Positions 7,114-15,362 of a stretch of 24,807 bases of DNA are shown here, piece by piece (position 1 is the first letter of the stretch; each line of letters starts with the position of its first letter). The DNA is from a virus. Lineage: Duplodnaviria > Caudoviricetes. The notes beneath the pieces were generated by a model. It saw nothing but the letters and a program-made list of their open reading frames with translations, made no database searches and had not been told where the DNA came from. The translations under genes and the position numbers were made by a program. The DNA lies in IMG/VR virus record IMGVR_UViG_3300025889_000892, positions 1 through 24,807 of that record; one strand, 5' to 3'.

Positions 7114-7400
7114 TAAATACCTCCGATCATAGTTAAAACATCATCAACACTACACGCAACAAAAGACACACCGCCACAATTGTTTAATTTATCCATAAAT
7201 GCTTTTTGTAATTTAGTTACATTATTTTTTTTGTCTGGCCTTTTAACCTCAATACCTAAAAACAAACCTTTATACACACCTACAACATCTGGCACGCCCG
7301 GCGTTGAATACATACCACCATGTGTTTTCCATACATGGCAATCATCCATTTTGTTTAAATGTGAAATTATGTCAGTTACTATGTGTTTTTCTAGCTTCAT
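7113..7400 (-). CDS. VRR-NUC domain nuclease (PD-(D/E)xK; putative Holliday junction resolvase)
   Basis: E near N-terminus, GVPDVVG, LGIEVKRP, TKLQKAFMDKLNNCGG. Confidence 0.9.
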   Translation of the reverse strand: MKLEKHIVTDIISHLNKMDDCHVWKTHGGMYSTPGVPDVVGVYKGLFLGIEVKRPDKKNNVTKLQKAFMDKLNNCGGVSFVACSVDDVLTMIGGI

Positions 7401-7551
7401 ACACGATCACCTTATTTTTACCGATTAATTTATTAAAAAATTTTAAAATTTTATTAGGTTGAGTTCTAACATATTTACAAACTTTACCGTTTTTTGTTTT
7501 AACTACACAAATTTTACCGGGTAATATTGTAACAATTTCATTATATTTCAT
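7372..7551 (-). CDS. Small basic hypothetical protein (59 aa), not in the ORF track
   Basis: MKYNEIVTILPGKICVVKTKNGKVCKYVRTQPNK...; ATGA overlap with stop of 7548..7838; fills the gap. Confidence 0.55.
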   Translation of the reverse strand: MKYNEIVTILPGKICVVKTKNGKVCKYVRTQPNKILKFFNKLIGKNKVIVYEARKTHSN

Positions 7552-7838
7552 TTTCTTAAAAATCCTTTTGGATAATCATTTTTGTATTTTACATATAAAT
7601 CATCCGGTATATTTAATTTTTGTATCCAGACATACTCTTTATCAGAATTCAATCCTAGGTTATTATATCTAGTTTTGGCTAAATTAATTAAATCCTCTAA
7701 ACAAGACCAATATTTTGATAAATTATTATACGTAGGCAATGCGTTCACAGCGGATACGCATAACCTATATTTTTTGTATTCTCTAGATTTAAAAAATGTT
7801 GTCAAAATAATTAATAAGCGACTAACTCGCCTACACAA
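7548..7838 (-). CDS. Hypothetical protein
   Basis: 96-aa ORF co-directional with and overlapping neighbours; start uncertain. Confidence 0.55.
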   Translation of the reverse strand: MCRRVSRLLIILTTFFKSREYKKYRLCVSAVNALPTYNNLSKYWSCLEDLINLAKTRYNNLGLNSDKEYVWIQKLNIPDDLYVKYKNDYPKGFLRK

Positions 7839-8062
7839 TCATATTGATTACCAAACTCATCCATGTCATTTATTTTTGATCCATATTTGTCATAACCCCA
7901 TGACTCTAAATTTTCGTTGATGATCTCATAAATATTTTGATTTGCTTCAGATGTGATCCAATCATCAATGGACTGATAACCATCATTTTTAGCTAAATTA
8001 TCTAAAACACTGATAAAACTATCGTCTACACTAACCTCGATTTTAAATTTTTTCTTGCCCAT
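7811..8062 (-). CDS. Acidic hypothetical protein (possible ribbon-helix-helix-like N-terminus)
   Basis: AAGGAG SD, own promoter; KFKIEVSVDDSFISVLDNLAKNDG strand-helix pattern. Confidence 0.65.
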   Translation of the reverse strand: MGKKKFKIEVSVDDSFISVLDNLAKNDGYQSIDDWITSEANQNIYEIINENLESWGYDKYGSKINDMDEFGNQYDCVGELVAY

Positions 8063-8091
8063 TAATCTACTCCTTTTGTTTTGATGGTTTT

Positions 8092-8123
8092 ATATTACCA
8101 AATGCATTGATAGTTGTCAACTA
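8092..8123 (-). promoter_or_regulatory. sigma70-type promoter with perfect operator-like palindrome
   Basis: TTGACA (8120-8115), 17 nt, TGg-TAATAT (8097-8092); TAGTTG-T-CAACTA at 8111-8123. Confidence 0.72.
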
Positions 8124-8277
8124 CTAATTATGTAGTTAAATTTAATATTCTTACAAAACAGGCCATTGAATCGATATCAGTGTCTCACCATTGGTGTCTA
8201 ATTTAGCTTCAGTTGATAATATTTTAATGGACAGCATTAACTTATCGTTCGTAATAAAAAAATCCCTTAGAGCTAAT

Positions 8278-9045
8278 TTAAATGCCCAATAAGGCTTTTA
8301 TGTCATCAAAATAGGCGTCGGCCTGCTCTTTTGAGCATCGTTCCTGACTTTTAGACTGCCCAATAATCTTATTAAGCTGCAATCGCTTACGCTGATCCCA
8401 TCTTTGCATCACAGTAATCTCATACATCGAAACCGATTCTTTAACCGAATCAATATTCAAATCCTGAACCACTTTGGCTATGTAGCGATTTCTTTTACCA
8501 GGGCTAATACCTTGAGCCTTGGCATAACGCCATAGGGTTTTAAAATCCAAATTCCCAAAAAGACGACGACGACGAGCTGCACCCTCGCGCGCATCTTTTT
8601 TGTAGTCGTCTTTATGAATATTATTTATATTATTACTATAATAAAGATCTGATGGGACTTTGTGTTGGACTTTGTGTTGGACTTTGTGTTGCATCGAAAT
8701 TTTTCGATATAATATTTCATCGTAACCATTAATAGAAATAACAGTAAATCTTTGTGTTACCTTTTGTGTTAGGTTTTGTGTTAGCTCCAAAAATTTGAGG
8801 CTAGTTCTGACGCTTTGTTTTGTAGCGTTTAAATTTTTCATTAAATTTGAGATAGTAGTAACAAAACTTCCCTTTGCTACAGTTATTTTTTTACCATTGA
8901 CAATTTGTTCTGAATCTGCATAATTCGCCATTGATAAACAATACATATAAAGCTTAAAAACTAATGGATTTTTGTTGTTAAATATCATGCTATCGAATAA
9001 AATTCTGTTTAACATTAAAAATCCTTTTGTGTTTTTTTCATTCAT
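8278..9045 (-). CDS. Phage replication initiator / replisome organiser
   Basis: KGFLMLNRILFDS...FKLYMYCLSMANY...KGSFVTTISNLMKNLNATKQSVRTSLKFLE winged-helix pattern; start moved to ATG 9045 (CAGGAG SD) from the ORF-track 9129. Confidence 0.85.
   Translation of the reverse strand: MNEKNTKGFLMLNRILFDSMIFNNKNPLVFKLYMYCLSMANYADSEQIVNGKKITVAKGSFVTTISNLMKNLNATKQSVRTSLKFLELTQNLTQKVTQRFTVISINGYDEILYRKISMQHKVQHKVQHKVPSDLYYSNNINNIHKDDYKKDAREGAARRRRLFGNLDFKTLWRYAKAQGISPGKRNRYIAKVVQDLNIDSVKESVSMYEITVMQRWDQRKRLQLNKIIGQSKSQERCSKEQADAYFDDIKALLGI
8655..8786. repeat. Iteron-like 12-bp direct repeats (probable replication origin) inside the initiator gene
   Basis: GGACTTTGTGTT x3 at 8655-8690 and TTTGTGTTAnnT x3 at 8751-8786, sharing core TTTGTGTT. 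Confidence 0.75.
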
Positions 9046-9114
9046 AAAATACTCCTGTAAATAGATATTGAAATAACAAAGAATATTTGCTAATATATCT
9101 AATGGTTGTTGAAT

Positions 9115-9152
9115 AAAAACCCATCTCATTATCCTGTTAAAGATGGGTTTTT
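9115..9152. terminator. Inverted repeat upstream of the initiator gene (terminator/attenuator-like)
   Basis: AAAAACCCATCT (9115-9126) / AGATGGGTTTTT (9141-9152), T-tracts on both strands. Confidence 0.55.
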
Positions 9153-9198
9153 TTATTTTATAAGTTAGTATTTATCCTCCTTTAGTTTATTGAAATGC

Positions 9199-9238
9199 AA
9201 AAAAAAAGGCAACGAAGATATTAATTCGTTGCCTTTTT
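9199..9238 (-). terminator. Rho-independent terminator (bidirectional shape)
   Basis: AAAAAGGCAACGAA / TTCGTTGCCTTTTT stem, 9-nt U-tract on the minus strand, just downstream of 9276..10010. Confidence 0.85.
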
Positions 9239-9275
9239 CGAGATTTATGCGCTAATAAATATTATCATAATCAAA

Positions 9276-10010
9276 TTATGTATCAAGACCTAAATCTTCC
9301 TTGAGTTCCTGTTCCTGTCTATCTGCTATATCATCTTCAGCCGAATAGATAGAAATGTGAGCATCGGCCATTTTTCTAGCCTCGTATGCCATATCCATTA
9401 CTGACTTATCATTGAATCCCTCATTTAATGTCGCTTTCATCACTTGATATGTATATTTATCATTTGATTCTTTGATGCTGGTTAATTTAAAATTGCGTGC
9501 AAAAATTGGCTCACGATTTACTTTGGCAAATCGTTTTAGGCTAGATGTAATAAATTGACCAGCGGCCCTGGATGTCCCTTTAATAACTAGAATAGTGGGG
9601 ACAATATCCATAGCGTTTGGATTTACTACGTATAAACGTAATCGACGTTTTTTCCACATTTCTTCGTCTGTGAGCCCTTCACCATTGTTCCATACGATAC
9701 CATCTGAACTATATTTGATATTTGTATCGTCATCAAAACATGCCCAATCTGTGACTTTTTTAACTACAATAATATTAGTTTCTGTTCCTAAAACTTGCTG
9801 CGTCGATGTATCGAAAAAGTCACCAACATTTGCAACGCCACTATCAACTTCTGGGCTCATTTTTTGTATCAGCTTTGTGTAACCTAGTGGTACTGTTACA
9901 TCATCTAAATCATCACCACCAATGCCCGCATATTCTTGTGGTATAACAATATTTGCATTTTTAATTTCTAAATCGTTTTGCTCTGATATAATTTCTGTTT
10001 GTTCTGTCAT
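9276..10010 (-). CDS. Putative phage ssDNA-binding / recombination protein
   Basis: DDVTVPLGYTKLIQKMSPEV...GDFFD motif typical of a widespread phage replication-module protein; acidic C-terminal tail. Confidence 0.55.
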   Translation of the reverse strand: MTEQTEIISEQNDLEIKNANIVIPQEYAGIGGDDLDDVTVPLGYTKLIQKMSPEVDSGVANVGDFFDTSTQQVLGTETNIIVVKKVTDWACFDDDTNIKYSSDGIVWNNGEGLTDEEMWKKRRLRLYVVNPNAMDIVPTILVIKGTSRAAGQFITSSLKRFAKVNREPIFARNFKLTSIKESNDKYTYQVMKATLNEGFNDKSVMDMAYEARKMADAHISIYSAEDDIADRQEQELKEDLGLDT

Positions 10011-10022
10011 TTTTTTCTCCTT

Positions 10023-10388
10023 TTATCCTTTTCTAAATGATATTTTTTCGAAACTACTAATCTCAATACCGGGAATTATTTGACCATTATCAATAAGCTC
10101 TTTAAATGAACTTTTCTTTATAGTCTTAGTCAATATGTCATATCGACCCGTGTCATTTATATAGTTATATACCTTATCCCAGTCTGTCACTTTCGGTGCT
10201 ATTTCTTGTTTTATCCAGCATGTAACACCGTTAACCGCTATTTTTTCTAATCCCTCCTTCCCCATTTGGTTTGATATTTCTGTCTCTATAATGTCTAACG
10301 ATTCTTTATGTTTATTAAGTAATTCCATTACACCTTCAATTTTTTGTTTCACTTGCTCACGTTTATCTACTAATTGTTTTAAATTCAT
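10023..10388 (-). CDS. Conserved phage replication-module protein (N-terminal coiled coil, IPGIE C-terminus; Gp157/Gam-like architecture)
   Basis: Coiled coil then KVTDWDKVYNYI...GQIIPGIE pattern. Confidence 0.55.
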   Translation of the reverse strand: MNLKQLVDKREQVKQKIEGVMELLNKHKESLDIIETEISNQMGKEGLEKIAVNGVTCWIKQEIAPKVTDWDKVYNYINDTGRYDILTKTIKKSSFKELIDNGQIIPGIEISSFEKISFRKG

Positions 10389-10556
10389 TTAAAAATACCT
10401 TGCCTTTCTTACTTTATATAAATTAATTCCTAAATTTTGTGTGAAATCATATGGCGCATAATAATTTCTGTTAATTTTATTTAATAATAATTTTTTAATT
10501 ATATAAAACATTGTTCTTTTTTGTTTCATAAAAACTACAGCTGATTGATTTATCAT
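10389..10556 (-). CDS. Small basic hypothetical protein
   Basis: Likely start ATG 10556 (ATGA overlap with upstream stop); abuts next gene. Confidence 0.45.
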   Translation of the reverse strand: MINQSAVVFMKQKRTMFYIIKKLLLNKINRNYYAPYDFTQNLGINLYKVRKARYF

Positions 10557-10741
10557 GGTCTTGGGCTCCCATCTTCTAAACAATGAAATGTCAGATTGTT
10601 ATACTTATATAATAGTTCTTCAACTGTCATCGACTCTAATTCTTGTCTGTATATTACTGTAGCTTTTGATATTAAATCCGGTCTGTCCCAGCAATTTAAT
10701 TCATTAACCATTTCATCTATCATTACTTTTTTTAATTCCAT
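10553..10741 (-). CDS. Hypothetical protein
   Basis: 62-aa ORF with AAGGA SD, tightly packed. Confidence 0.6.
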   Translation of the reverse strand: MELKKVMIDEMVNELNCWDRPDLISKATVIYRQELESMTVEELLYKYNNLTFHCLEDGSPRP

Positions 10742-10745
10742 GTTA

Positions 10746-10952
10746 TTATCCTTTTTTTAATTTATATCGATTGTCGATATACTTTAATTCGTTATCATTT
10801 TTCGAATAGTTACGAGACCAAACACAAACGCAACCAAATTTAGTTACAAAGTAAATTTCGCCTTCATCATCTATTCGTCTAGTTGATGCATTGATCGGGA
10901 AGTCTTTTTCGTCTTCCACCTCAACTGTTATTGTATAATTAATCTTATCCAT
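10746..10952 (-). CDS. Hypothetical protein
   Basis: Strong SD AAGGAGGTGA points to ATG 10952 (MDKINY...), not the GTG at 10961. Confidence 0.65.
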   Translation of the reverse strand: MDKINYTITVEVEDEKDFPINASTRRIDDEGEIYFVTKFGCVCVWSRNYSKNDNELKYIDNRYKLKKG

Positions 10953-11029
10953 AAAAGTCACCTCCTTACTTGCTCTTTCACTTTTGCTACTCGATGCTTC
11001 GTGATGGTTATATTAACCGTATGACATAT

Positions 11030-11061
11030 ATATTAACTAATTTATTGACAAGTGTCAACTA
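11030..11061 (-). promoter_or_regulatory. sigma70-type promoter with TAGTTGACA motif
   Basis: TTGACA (11058-11053), 17 nt, TAATAT (11035-11030); a second TTGACA on the + strand at 11045-11050. Confidence 0.65.
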
Positions 11062-11077
11062 TTAATTTTTATATAAA

Positions 11078-11317
11078 TTATAATTGTGATTTTAGATATT
11101 TAACTAATATTTTGTCACCATCTAATGAGTTACATGGTCCCATAATTTCAATTCTTTTTATTTCATCATCATATTTAATTTTATTTATTTTTTTATTAGA
11201 TTCAATTTTTTCTATTTGTTTACTAAATTCATATTTATTTATTTCTTTACTAAATTCAACTGTTTTAGTGTGAGTGTGAGTGTGAGTGATAGTACATTTA
11301 TGTCTTATAGATATCAT
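11078..11317 (-). CDS. Low-complexity Lys/Ile-rich hypothetical protein
   Basis: Starts 2 nt after helicase stop; THTHTHT and EFSKxIxK repeats. Confidence 0.5.
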   Translation of the reverse strand: MISIRHKCTITHTHTHTKTVEFSKEINKYEFSKQIEKIESNKKINKIKYDDEIKRIEIMGPCNSLDGDKILVKYLKSQL

Positions 11318-11319
11318 TT

Positions 11320-12900
11320 TTAAGCCCTTTCATTTTTTATGTAATTCATAGCATCTTGTGCAGTAAAACTTTTTTCTTTTAAAGATTGATAAACAACTTC
11401 ATCTAAGGTGTTTTTACCTTGCAAATATATATATACACATTTTCCATCATTACTGCCTACTAAACGCCTATTTCGGCCCTTAGCTTGCACGTGATTTATA
11501 TGGCTATAATCAGTTTCATAAAAAATGGCATGCTTTGCATTTGGCAAACTATAACCGATTCCAGTCTGTATCTGACCAATCCAAACACGAGTATCATCAT
11601 TATTAAATTTTTTATAATCGTCTTTATAATCACCGTAATGAACCATACTAGACAATTTCAAATTAGTGCAAAGTGATTGAACTAATTTGATGCTATGCTT
11701 GAATCGACACCATATAATAATTTTACCGTCTATTTCTTGTAATATCTCTGAAAGCAACTGTATTTTTTCATCACCTATAATGTTTATATCGTCACCATTC
11801 TTTATAAATCCACTGCTAATTTGAGTTAACATCATCATTCTTGATAAAACATGGCCGGCTAACTCAATATCCTCACTTTCTTCATTATAATCTAAAATAA
11901 AATCTTTCATTAAAGTATCGTATATTTTTCTACTTTTATTACTTAAATCAAATGTTTTTATTAACTCAAATTCATCTGGTAATTCAATAACGTCATCAAT
12001 ATCATAACTCAATGAATTTAACGACATTAATTTTTTAAATTGTGTTTCATTTTTATAACCTAATAATTGATAATTATTATAGCCGCCATATTCTAAATAT
12101 GAATTTTTAAATGGCGTAAACTTAGTTCCAAAAATATCGGGTGAAATAATCTTATAAGGCATAAATATATCTTCGTAACTATTGGCTATAATAGTACCGC
12201 TCATACCCACCCTATATTCAATGTCTTTAGATATATACAATGCTGCCTTTGAACATTTTGCAGTTCTGCTTTTTAAACGATGACATTCATCAAATACTAT
12301 TAAATCAAAATTCTTTTTTTTGATATCGTCTTTTAATTTATCAAGTATCTCGTAATTTATAATATATATAGATACTTGTTGATTTAATAATTTTTTACGT
12401 TTTTCTAATGAGCCATCAATAATCAATGAGTCAAAATGACTATGTGTTTCTATTTCAAATTGAAAATTTTTCATGATTGCCGATGGGCAAACAACTAATG
12501 TTTTTTTAATTTTATTAGTTTGATTTAAAATAGTAATCGCATCAATAACAGATTTGGATTTCCCAGTCCCAACACCACAAAAGAAAAAACATTTTTTTTT
12601 AGATATTACTAGTTCACGCAGTTTGACTTGGTGATGATATGGCTTTGTTTTGAAACATATATTTTCATCACTAGAAAACACCTTTTCATAATCATCTAAT
12701 AATGAATCGTATTTATTTTTTATGGAATCAGGCATATCGATATTTTTGCCTTTTAATATTTTATACATCGATAACGTGTTTTCTACTTTCCAACATTTAA
12801 GCGATCTATCCCATATAGCACCTAAGTTTTTTGCGTAAAATCGTTCGTTATATGAAGCAAGTAAAATGAAAAAGCTGCCTTTTTCAAGTATAACTTTCAT
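11320..12900 (-). CDS. SNF2-family (SF2) phage helicase
   Basis: KPYHHQ Q-motif, GVGTGKS Walker A, LVVCP, FDECH Walker B, SGT motif III, QAKGRNRR motif VI. Confidence 0.92.
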   Translation of the reverse strand: MKVILEKGSFFILLASYNERFYAKNLGAIWDRSLKCWKVENTLSMYKILKGKNIDMPDSIKNKYDSLLDDYEKVFSSDENICFKTKPYHHQVKLRELVISKKKCFFFCGVGTGKSKSVIDAITILNQTNKIKKTLVVCPSAIMKNFQFEIETHSHFDSLIIDGSLEKRKKLLNQQVSIYIINYEILDKLKDDIKKKNFDLIVFDECHRLKSRTAKCSKAALYISKDIEYRVGMSGTIIANSYEDIFMPYKIISPDIFGTKFTPFKNSYLEYGGYNNYQLLGYKNETQFKKLMSLNSLSYDIDDVIELPDEFELIKTFDLSNKSRKIYDTLMKDFILDYNEESEDIELAGHVLSRMMMLTQISSGFIKNGDDINIIGDEKIQLLSEILQEIDGKIIIWCRFKHSIKLVQSLCTNLKLSSMVHYGDYKDDYKKFNNDDTRVWIGQIQTGIGYSLPNAKHAIFYETDYSHINHVQAKGRNRRLVGSNDGKCVYIYLQGKNTLDEVVYQSLKEKSFTAQDAMNYIKNERA

Positions 12901-13088
12901 TTTTTATTTTTTTTACCAATCTTATATATAATTTTTTTTGTATAACCCGATGTTCTAAGGCGTTTATATAGCCATTCTCTTGATATTTTTAATTCACTTA
13001 TAAATAAGGGTATGCCCTTTTCATTAAGCATTTTTTCAAGTTCTTCATCGCTTATATTATTTAATTTTAATAAATTACTTCTATCCAT
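12897..13088 (-). CDS. Small putative HTH DNA-binding protein (63 aa)
   Basis: FISELKISREWLYKRLR resembles an HTH turn and recognition helix; first gene of the early operon. Confidence 0.55.
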   Translation of the reverse strand: MDRSNLLKLNNISDEELEKMLNEKGIPLFISELKISREWLYKRLRTSGYTKKIIYKIGKKNKK

Positions 13089-13131
13089 TACATATAATTA
13101 TGCAATGGATAGAAATAGTTGTCAACTATTT
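13081..13131 (-). promoter_or_regulatory. Early promoter with two palindromes (operator-like)
   Basis: TTGACA (13125-13120), 17 nt, CATAAT (13102-13097); perfect AAATAGTTG-T-CAACTATTT at 13113-13131; CTATCCATT...AATGGATAG at 13081-13112. Confidence 0.78.
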
Positions 13132-13136
13132 GTTAA

Positions 13137-13592
13137 CTATTTAATAGTGTTTTTTAAATCTGTTAAGATTTGATTTTGTCTTGATAACGCATCAGTATTG
13201 ATTTGACAGAACCTTGTTAAGGTATCATTGATCTGTTTTAAAATCGTATTACTTTCAACGCTATTCATTTTTAAATCCATCATATCATCGACTAATGATG
13301 TTGGGACATAAATTAATTTACGGCCTGTCTTTTCATCAACCACACTATTATCTCGATTTATTTTGTCTGTTTTTTCCTCTATTTTATTCAAGCTTTGAGT
13401 CATCTTCTCAATCCTTTCAATTAATTGTGGTAATTGTGTTTTTAAATAAGTTATTGTTCCCCAATCATTTACGATGGGGCTTGGTCCATTTTGTTTATTA
13501 TTTCTATTTAACCAATCCCAAACAATTTTACCTATTAGACCAACAATACCTATGATAAACGCTGTAACTAATGTTTCACTATTTGCACTCAT
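13137..13592 (-). CDS. Membrane protein with N-terminal TM helix and coiled coil; holin-like by position
   Basis: TLVTAFIIGIVGLIGKIVWDWL hydrophobic helix; last gene after tail fibre. Confidence 0.5.
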   Translation of the reverse strand: MSANSETLVTAFIIGIVGLIGKIVWDWLNRNNKQNGPSPIVNDWGTITYLKTQLPQLIERIEKMTQSLNKIEEKTDKINRDNSVVDEKTGRKLIYVPTSLVDDMMDLKMNSVESNTILKQINDTLTRFCQINTDALSRQNQILTDLKNTIK

Positions 13593-13630
13593 TTTATTTA
13601 ACCCTTTAATATTCTCTTGCCCATTTAATT

Positions 13631-15361
13631 TTATCTAATAAACCATAAATCATATTCTGAATTTATTTCATTCATTTTAATCCATCGTTTATCAACAGTT
13701 TGCCCTTTTTTAATTTGTACTTGACCCATCAAACCTATAATGTTCCATTCTTCACGTTTTTCTCTAGGAACATACTCCTTTTCTTTTGATTCATCATAAT
13801 CAGGGTTTAATTTTCGGTTACCTTCATCATCAAGTATGTATGACCCAAAAATATCTCTGTGGTATTTTCCTTTCCAAACATTCCACTGTGAGTTACCAAC
13901 AATTGTTGAACAACCAAATGGCCTAGTTACACCAATAACATCATCACCTTCTGTTGCTTCTTTTACTTTCCCATTTTCAATAGTTACAGATAAACCTGGT
14001 TCTAATTGTTTTCCTGATACGCTTTCAAAATATTCTGCGTAATCAGCTCCACCACCTGCCCATGTGCCATCTGCAAATGCATTACCATCGCCTCGCAAGT
14101 TAAACTCGATATCAGCAGACGATGAAAGGTTTGACCTTCCAACAAAGAAACTATAAGCAGAGTTAGCCGCCCTGTTTGTGTCCACAAGCATTGCATAGTT
14201 AGCATATGATGCGCCTGTAATTTTGCAATAAATGCCGTTAAATTTACTTCCGTCATCAATAATACTTAATGCCCCGTTTCCAGACGCATCACCAATTTCA
14301 ATATGTCCTGTTCCATCTGGAACCAATACAATATCACCATTAGTATCTGTTGCCGTTATTGAATTACCATTTATATTGATATTATCAACATCTAACGATC
14401 CGGCGGTAAGTGTCGACGTTCCGATATCAATATTACCAAAGCCACTAGTTATGGAACCAGAATTTAATGCCCCTACTGTTGTGAGGCTGGATGTAACAAC
14501 CGCCGATCCAAGCGTTGTAGCATTTAAAACCTCTGTTGAGTCAATATCATAGCCCGCACCGCTTGCAATATTAATTGCTGTCAAAGTGCCAACGCTAGTT
14601 AAACTGGAATTAACAACCCCTGTGCCTAGTGTGGTTGCATTTAATACTTCTATACCATTGATGTCATAACCTGCACCGGCAGCTAAATTTAAAGCTGTCA
14701 AATTACCTACACTAGTTAAACTAGAATTAACAACACCTGTGCCCAATGTAGTGGATGATAATACATCTGTACCATTTATTTGATATTCGGCTCCAGAAAC
14801 AAGATCAAGTTTACCATCTGATTGAAATCGAGCAATTTCGGTTGGTGCTGATCCAGATGCCATACATTTAATTACAAAATCAAAATCCTCACTACCCGCA
14901 GTTACATCTGTTGTCACGGCATCCAATACTATACCGATTTCATTGTTTCCAGCTGATGTCTCAGTTTCAAATTGTATACCAGTTCCTATACCTGTTGCAG
15001 GTGTACCGCTTGTTATATGTGATAACTTGTTATAACTAACAGTATTAGTTAATGCGGTTGTTTGTTGTAATACATTGGCTGATCCATCCCAGTAAATTGC
15101 AGCGTCCTGACCAGCTCCATAAGTAAATGCACCCGCTGTATTGATCGCTGTCCCGTCTAAATTTAAATTATATTTTCCTGTAGTAATAAAATTTTGAGAA
15201 TTATCTATTACTACTGTACCGCCTATCTGCAAGGTTAAAACGTTAACGTCTTTTGTCCCCTGTGATAACGCATCAGTTATATTAGTAATATTTGAATTTA
15301 ATCTAACTGCCGTTATAGTATTTCCTGTTGCCCAAGTGTAGGCCGGTGTAATAAATGCCAT
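13631..15361 (-). CDS. Tail fibre/spike with C-terminal peptidase G2-type intramolecular chaperone
   Basis: Thr/Gly-rich body, three 39-aa repeats (INGxxVLxxTTLGxxVVxSSLTxVG), C-terminal GADYAEYFES...REKREEWNIIGLMGQVQI. Confidence 0.85.
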   Translation of the reverse strand: MAFITPAYTWATGNTITAVRLNSNITNITDALSQGTKDVNVLTLQIGGTVVIDNSQNFITTGKYNLNLDGTAINTAGAFTYGAGQDAAIYWDGSANVLQQTTALTNTVSYNKLSHITSGTPATGIGTGIQFETETSAGNNEIGIVLDAVTTDVTAGSEDFDFVIKCMASGSAPTEIARFQSDGKLDLVSGAEYQINGTDVLSSTTLGTGVVNSSLTSVGNLTALNLAAGAGYDINGIEVLNATTLGTGVVNSSLTSVGTLTAINIASGAGYDIDSTEVLNATTLGSAVVTSSLTTVGALNSGSITSGFGNIDIGTSTLTAGSLDVDNININGNSITATDTNGDIVLVPDGTGHIEIGDASGNGALSIIDDGSKFNGIYCKITGASYANYAMLVDTNRAANSAYSFFVGRSNLSSSADIEFNLRGDGNAFADGTWAGGGADYAEYFESVSGKQLEPGLSVTIENGKVKEATEGDDVIGVTRPFGCSTIVGNSQWNVWKGKYHRDIFGSYILDDEGNRKLNPDYDESKEKEYVPREKREEWNIIGLMGQVQIKKGQTVDKRWIKMNEINSEYDLWFIR

Positions 15362-15362
15362 C

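Noticed and set aside
8151-8237. 28-codon minus-strand ORF after the initiator
   Set aside because: Short, no convincing SD, no motif
9046-9129. ORF-track N-terminal extension of the initiator
   Set aside because: The 9129 start lies within a hairpin; ATG 9045 has a CAGGAG SD and begins the recognisable domain
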